Assembly: GCA_041288095.1 (NCBI GenBank)
Contig: JBGGMJ010000136.1
Location: 16,031-80,030, forward strand
Length of the DNA stretch: 64,000 nt
Source of the DNA: Myxococcota bacterium
GTDB lineage: Bacteria; Myxococcota; XYA12-FULL-58-9; JALHOP01
Direction: 5' to 3'
Below the pieces are notes generated by a model, which worked only from the letters and a program-made list of their open reading frames with translations, did not search any database and had not been told where the DNA came from. The translations under genes and the position numbers were made by a program. This document shows positions 62,735 through 64,000 of this stretch, piece after piece (the first letter of the stretch is position 1; each line of letters begins with the position of its first letter).

Positions 62735-63847
62735 TCAATCGCTCGCGCCGAAACCCCAGAAGACCTCGAAGGCGTTCTTGGGCTCCCAGTGGTTGCGCGT
62801 CGTGACGTTGAAGCGGGTCACTTGCTCGGTCGGGGTGCGGTTCAGGCTGCTCATCGGGATGGTCGGCAGCAGCTGGTCGGGGTGTACGAAGGTGTCGCTG
62901 CGCGTCACCACGTCGCCGTTCACCCGCACGCGGTAGGGCGTGGTCACGAAGGTCGGATTGCGCCCCGTGCGCTCGTAGTAGGCGGCGGCGTTCATGTGAT
63001 TCGACCCCTCGCCGATGTGATCGCGAGTGCTGGGTGCGCGCGCCAGCGACAACACATAGCCGCCACGCTCGACGAGGGCGCGGTCGGCGTCATAGCGCGT
63101 GCGCCAGTCGCGGGTGCCGTAGCCGTCGTCGAAGTGCCCGCGATAGCGTACAATCTCGCGCCCGAAGCGCGAGCCCAAGACCAAGCGGTCACCGAGCAGC
63201 CCCGAGCCGCTATGTGTCGACAGCGAGGCCGCCTGGAACTGGTCGCGCTCGGCGACGAGCCGCGCCAGGCGCGAGGTAAAAGTGTCGAAGCGCTGGGCGC
63301 CGGCCTCCCCGCCCCACTGCGCATTGAACAGCGTGTTGTTGCCGGGGCTCTCCGGCATCACCACGACGCCGCGCGTGCCGCTGTTTTGCACCATGCGCCA
63401 GAGATCGTGTTTGTCGGTGCGGCGAAAGACTTGCTGCTCGATGTTGCCGCCGCCGGCGAGGATGAAGCCGTGCAGATGAAGATGGAGCGGCGCGTCCCGG
63501 CTAAAGCGCTCGGGCACGAAGACGTTGACGCCTCCGGGGAAGCCCAGGGCTCGGCCATCGGCGAGCCTCCAGCGCTGCACCGGGCTATTGGCGGGGACGC
63601 GAACGAAGCCGGCGCGTTGCAGGCGCTGCACGAGAGCGTCGCGCTCCGTCTCTTGCGGCGCCACACGTTGCACGGGCTTGGGCTCGCGCAGGCCGGCGAG
63701 CTGGAGAGGCACGGGCGCGCGGCGGAGGGGACCGAGCTCTGGAACGATGGCCGCGGGCACAGCCGCGACGGGCGTCGGGCCGGGCTCAAGGGCCGGTGCG
63801 GTGGCCCCAGGCGTCGCCGATTTTCTCAATGATTCCAGAAAGGTCAC
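62735..63847 (-). CDS. Paralogous alpha/beta-hydrolase-like orphan protein
   Basis: LHLHGF, VMPES, STHSGSG, FDDGYG; the GTG at 63847 overlaps miaA, so the true start may be about 63760. Confidence 0.65.
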   Translation of the reverse strand: MTFLESLRKSATPGATAPALEPGPTPVAAVPAAIVPELGPLRRAPVPLQLAGLREPKPVQRVAPQETERDALVQRLQRAGFVRVPANSPVQRWRLADGRALGFPGGVNVFVPERFSRDAPLHLHLHGFILAGGGNIEQQVFRRTDKHDLWRMVQNSGTRGVVVMPESPGNNTLFNAQWGGEAGAQRFDTFTSRLARLVAERDQFQAASLSTHSGSGLLGDRLVLGSRFGREIVRYRGHFDDGYGTRDWRTRYDADRALVERGGYVLSLARAPSTRDHIGEGSNHMNAAAYYERTGRNPTFVTTPYRVRVNGDVVTRSDTFVHPDQLLPTIPMSSLNRTPTEQVTRFNVTTRNHWEPKNAFEVFWGFGASD

Positions 63848-64000
63848 TGTCCACCTTGAGCCACGTCACGCCTTTTTCGCGGCGCCGCCAGGTGTATTGT
63901 AGGCGGGCGTACTCCCAAGTCGCTTGTGTGATGCGGCGGGGCAGCTCCGCCGCTGTCATCGCGCCGGCGAGCATGGCGCAGACCTCGCGATAGCCGACCG
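63786..64000 (-). CDS. miaA: 3' end of tRNA dimethylallyltransferase MiaA (runs off the window)
   Basis: VGYREVCAMLAG...ITQATWEYARLQYTW matches the MiaA C-terminal pattern GY(R/K)E...T..YA(K/R)RQ.TW. Confidence 0.75.
   Translation of the reverse strand, partial: VGYREVCAMLAGAMTAAELPRRITQATWEYARLQYTWRRREKGVTWLKVDSDLSGIIEKIGDAWGHRTGP

Noticed and set aside
63863..63900. ACAA-N15-CGCGAAAA as another FliA-like promoter
   Set aside because: Lies within the conserved miaA coding sequence and has a mismatched -10 box

Overview
High-GC bacterial chromosomal segment with the gene repertoire typical of Myxococcota/deltaproteobacteria: eukaryote-like Ser/Thr kinases, an FHA-GGDEF protein, an FHA-GAF-sigma54 activator and many Cys-rich lipoproteins. 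The taxonomic call is an inference from gene content. The backbone is housekeeping: xerD, mrp, cysQ, thiolase, mutL, pgi, surE-nlpD-like, thrS-infC / rpmI-rplT-pheS-pheT-ihfA-merR, fadD, rlmD-like, cmk-aroA-hisC, the 3' end of miaA, and three tRNAs (Lys-UUU, Pro-GGG, Val-GAC; none encodes CCA). I found no CRISPR array, IS element, prophage or rRNA. The most interesting signals are: (1) a recurring sigma28/FliA-like promoter, GCAA-N15-(G/A/C)(C/A)CGATA, in front of scattered orphan genes without signal peptides, including a peptidoglycan peptidase, which suggests a dispersed non-flagellar FliA-type regulon that might encode exported effectors; (2) a divergent lipid-scavenging module (FadD <- -> surface lipase + FadL-TSP3-OmpA fusion); (3) a TonB receptor / orphan binding-protein lipoprotein / porin operon plus a kinase / PEGA-PBP cassette around tRNA-Val; (4) a MutL whose endonuclease motifs are degenerate; (5) an M23 peptidase inserted antisense between infC and rpmI; (6) an AUA start codon for infC. 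All calls were made by eye from motifs; no database searches were run.
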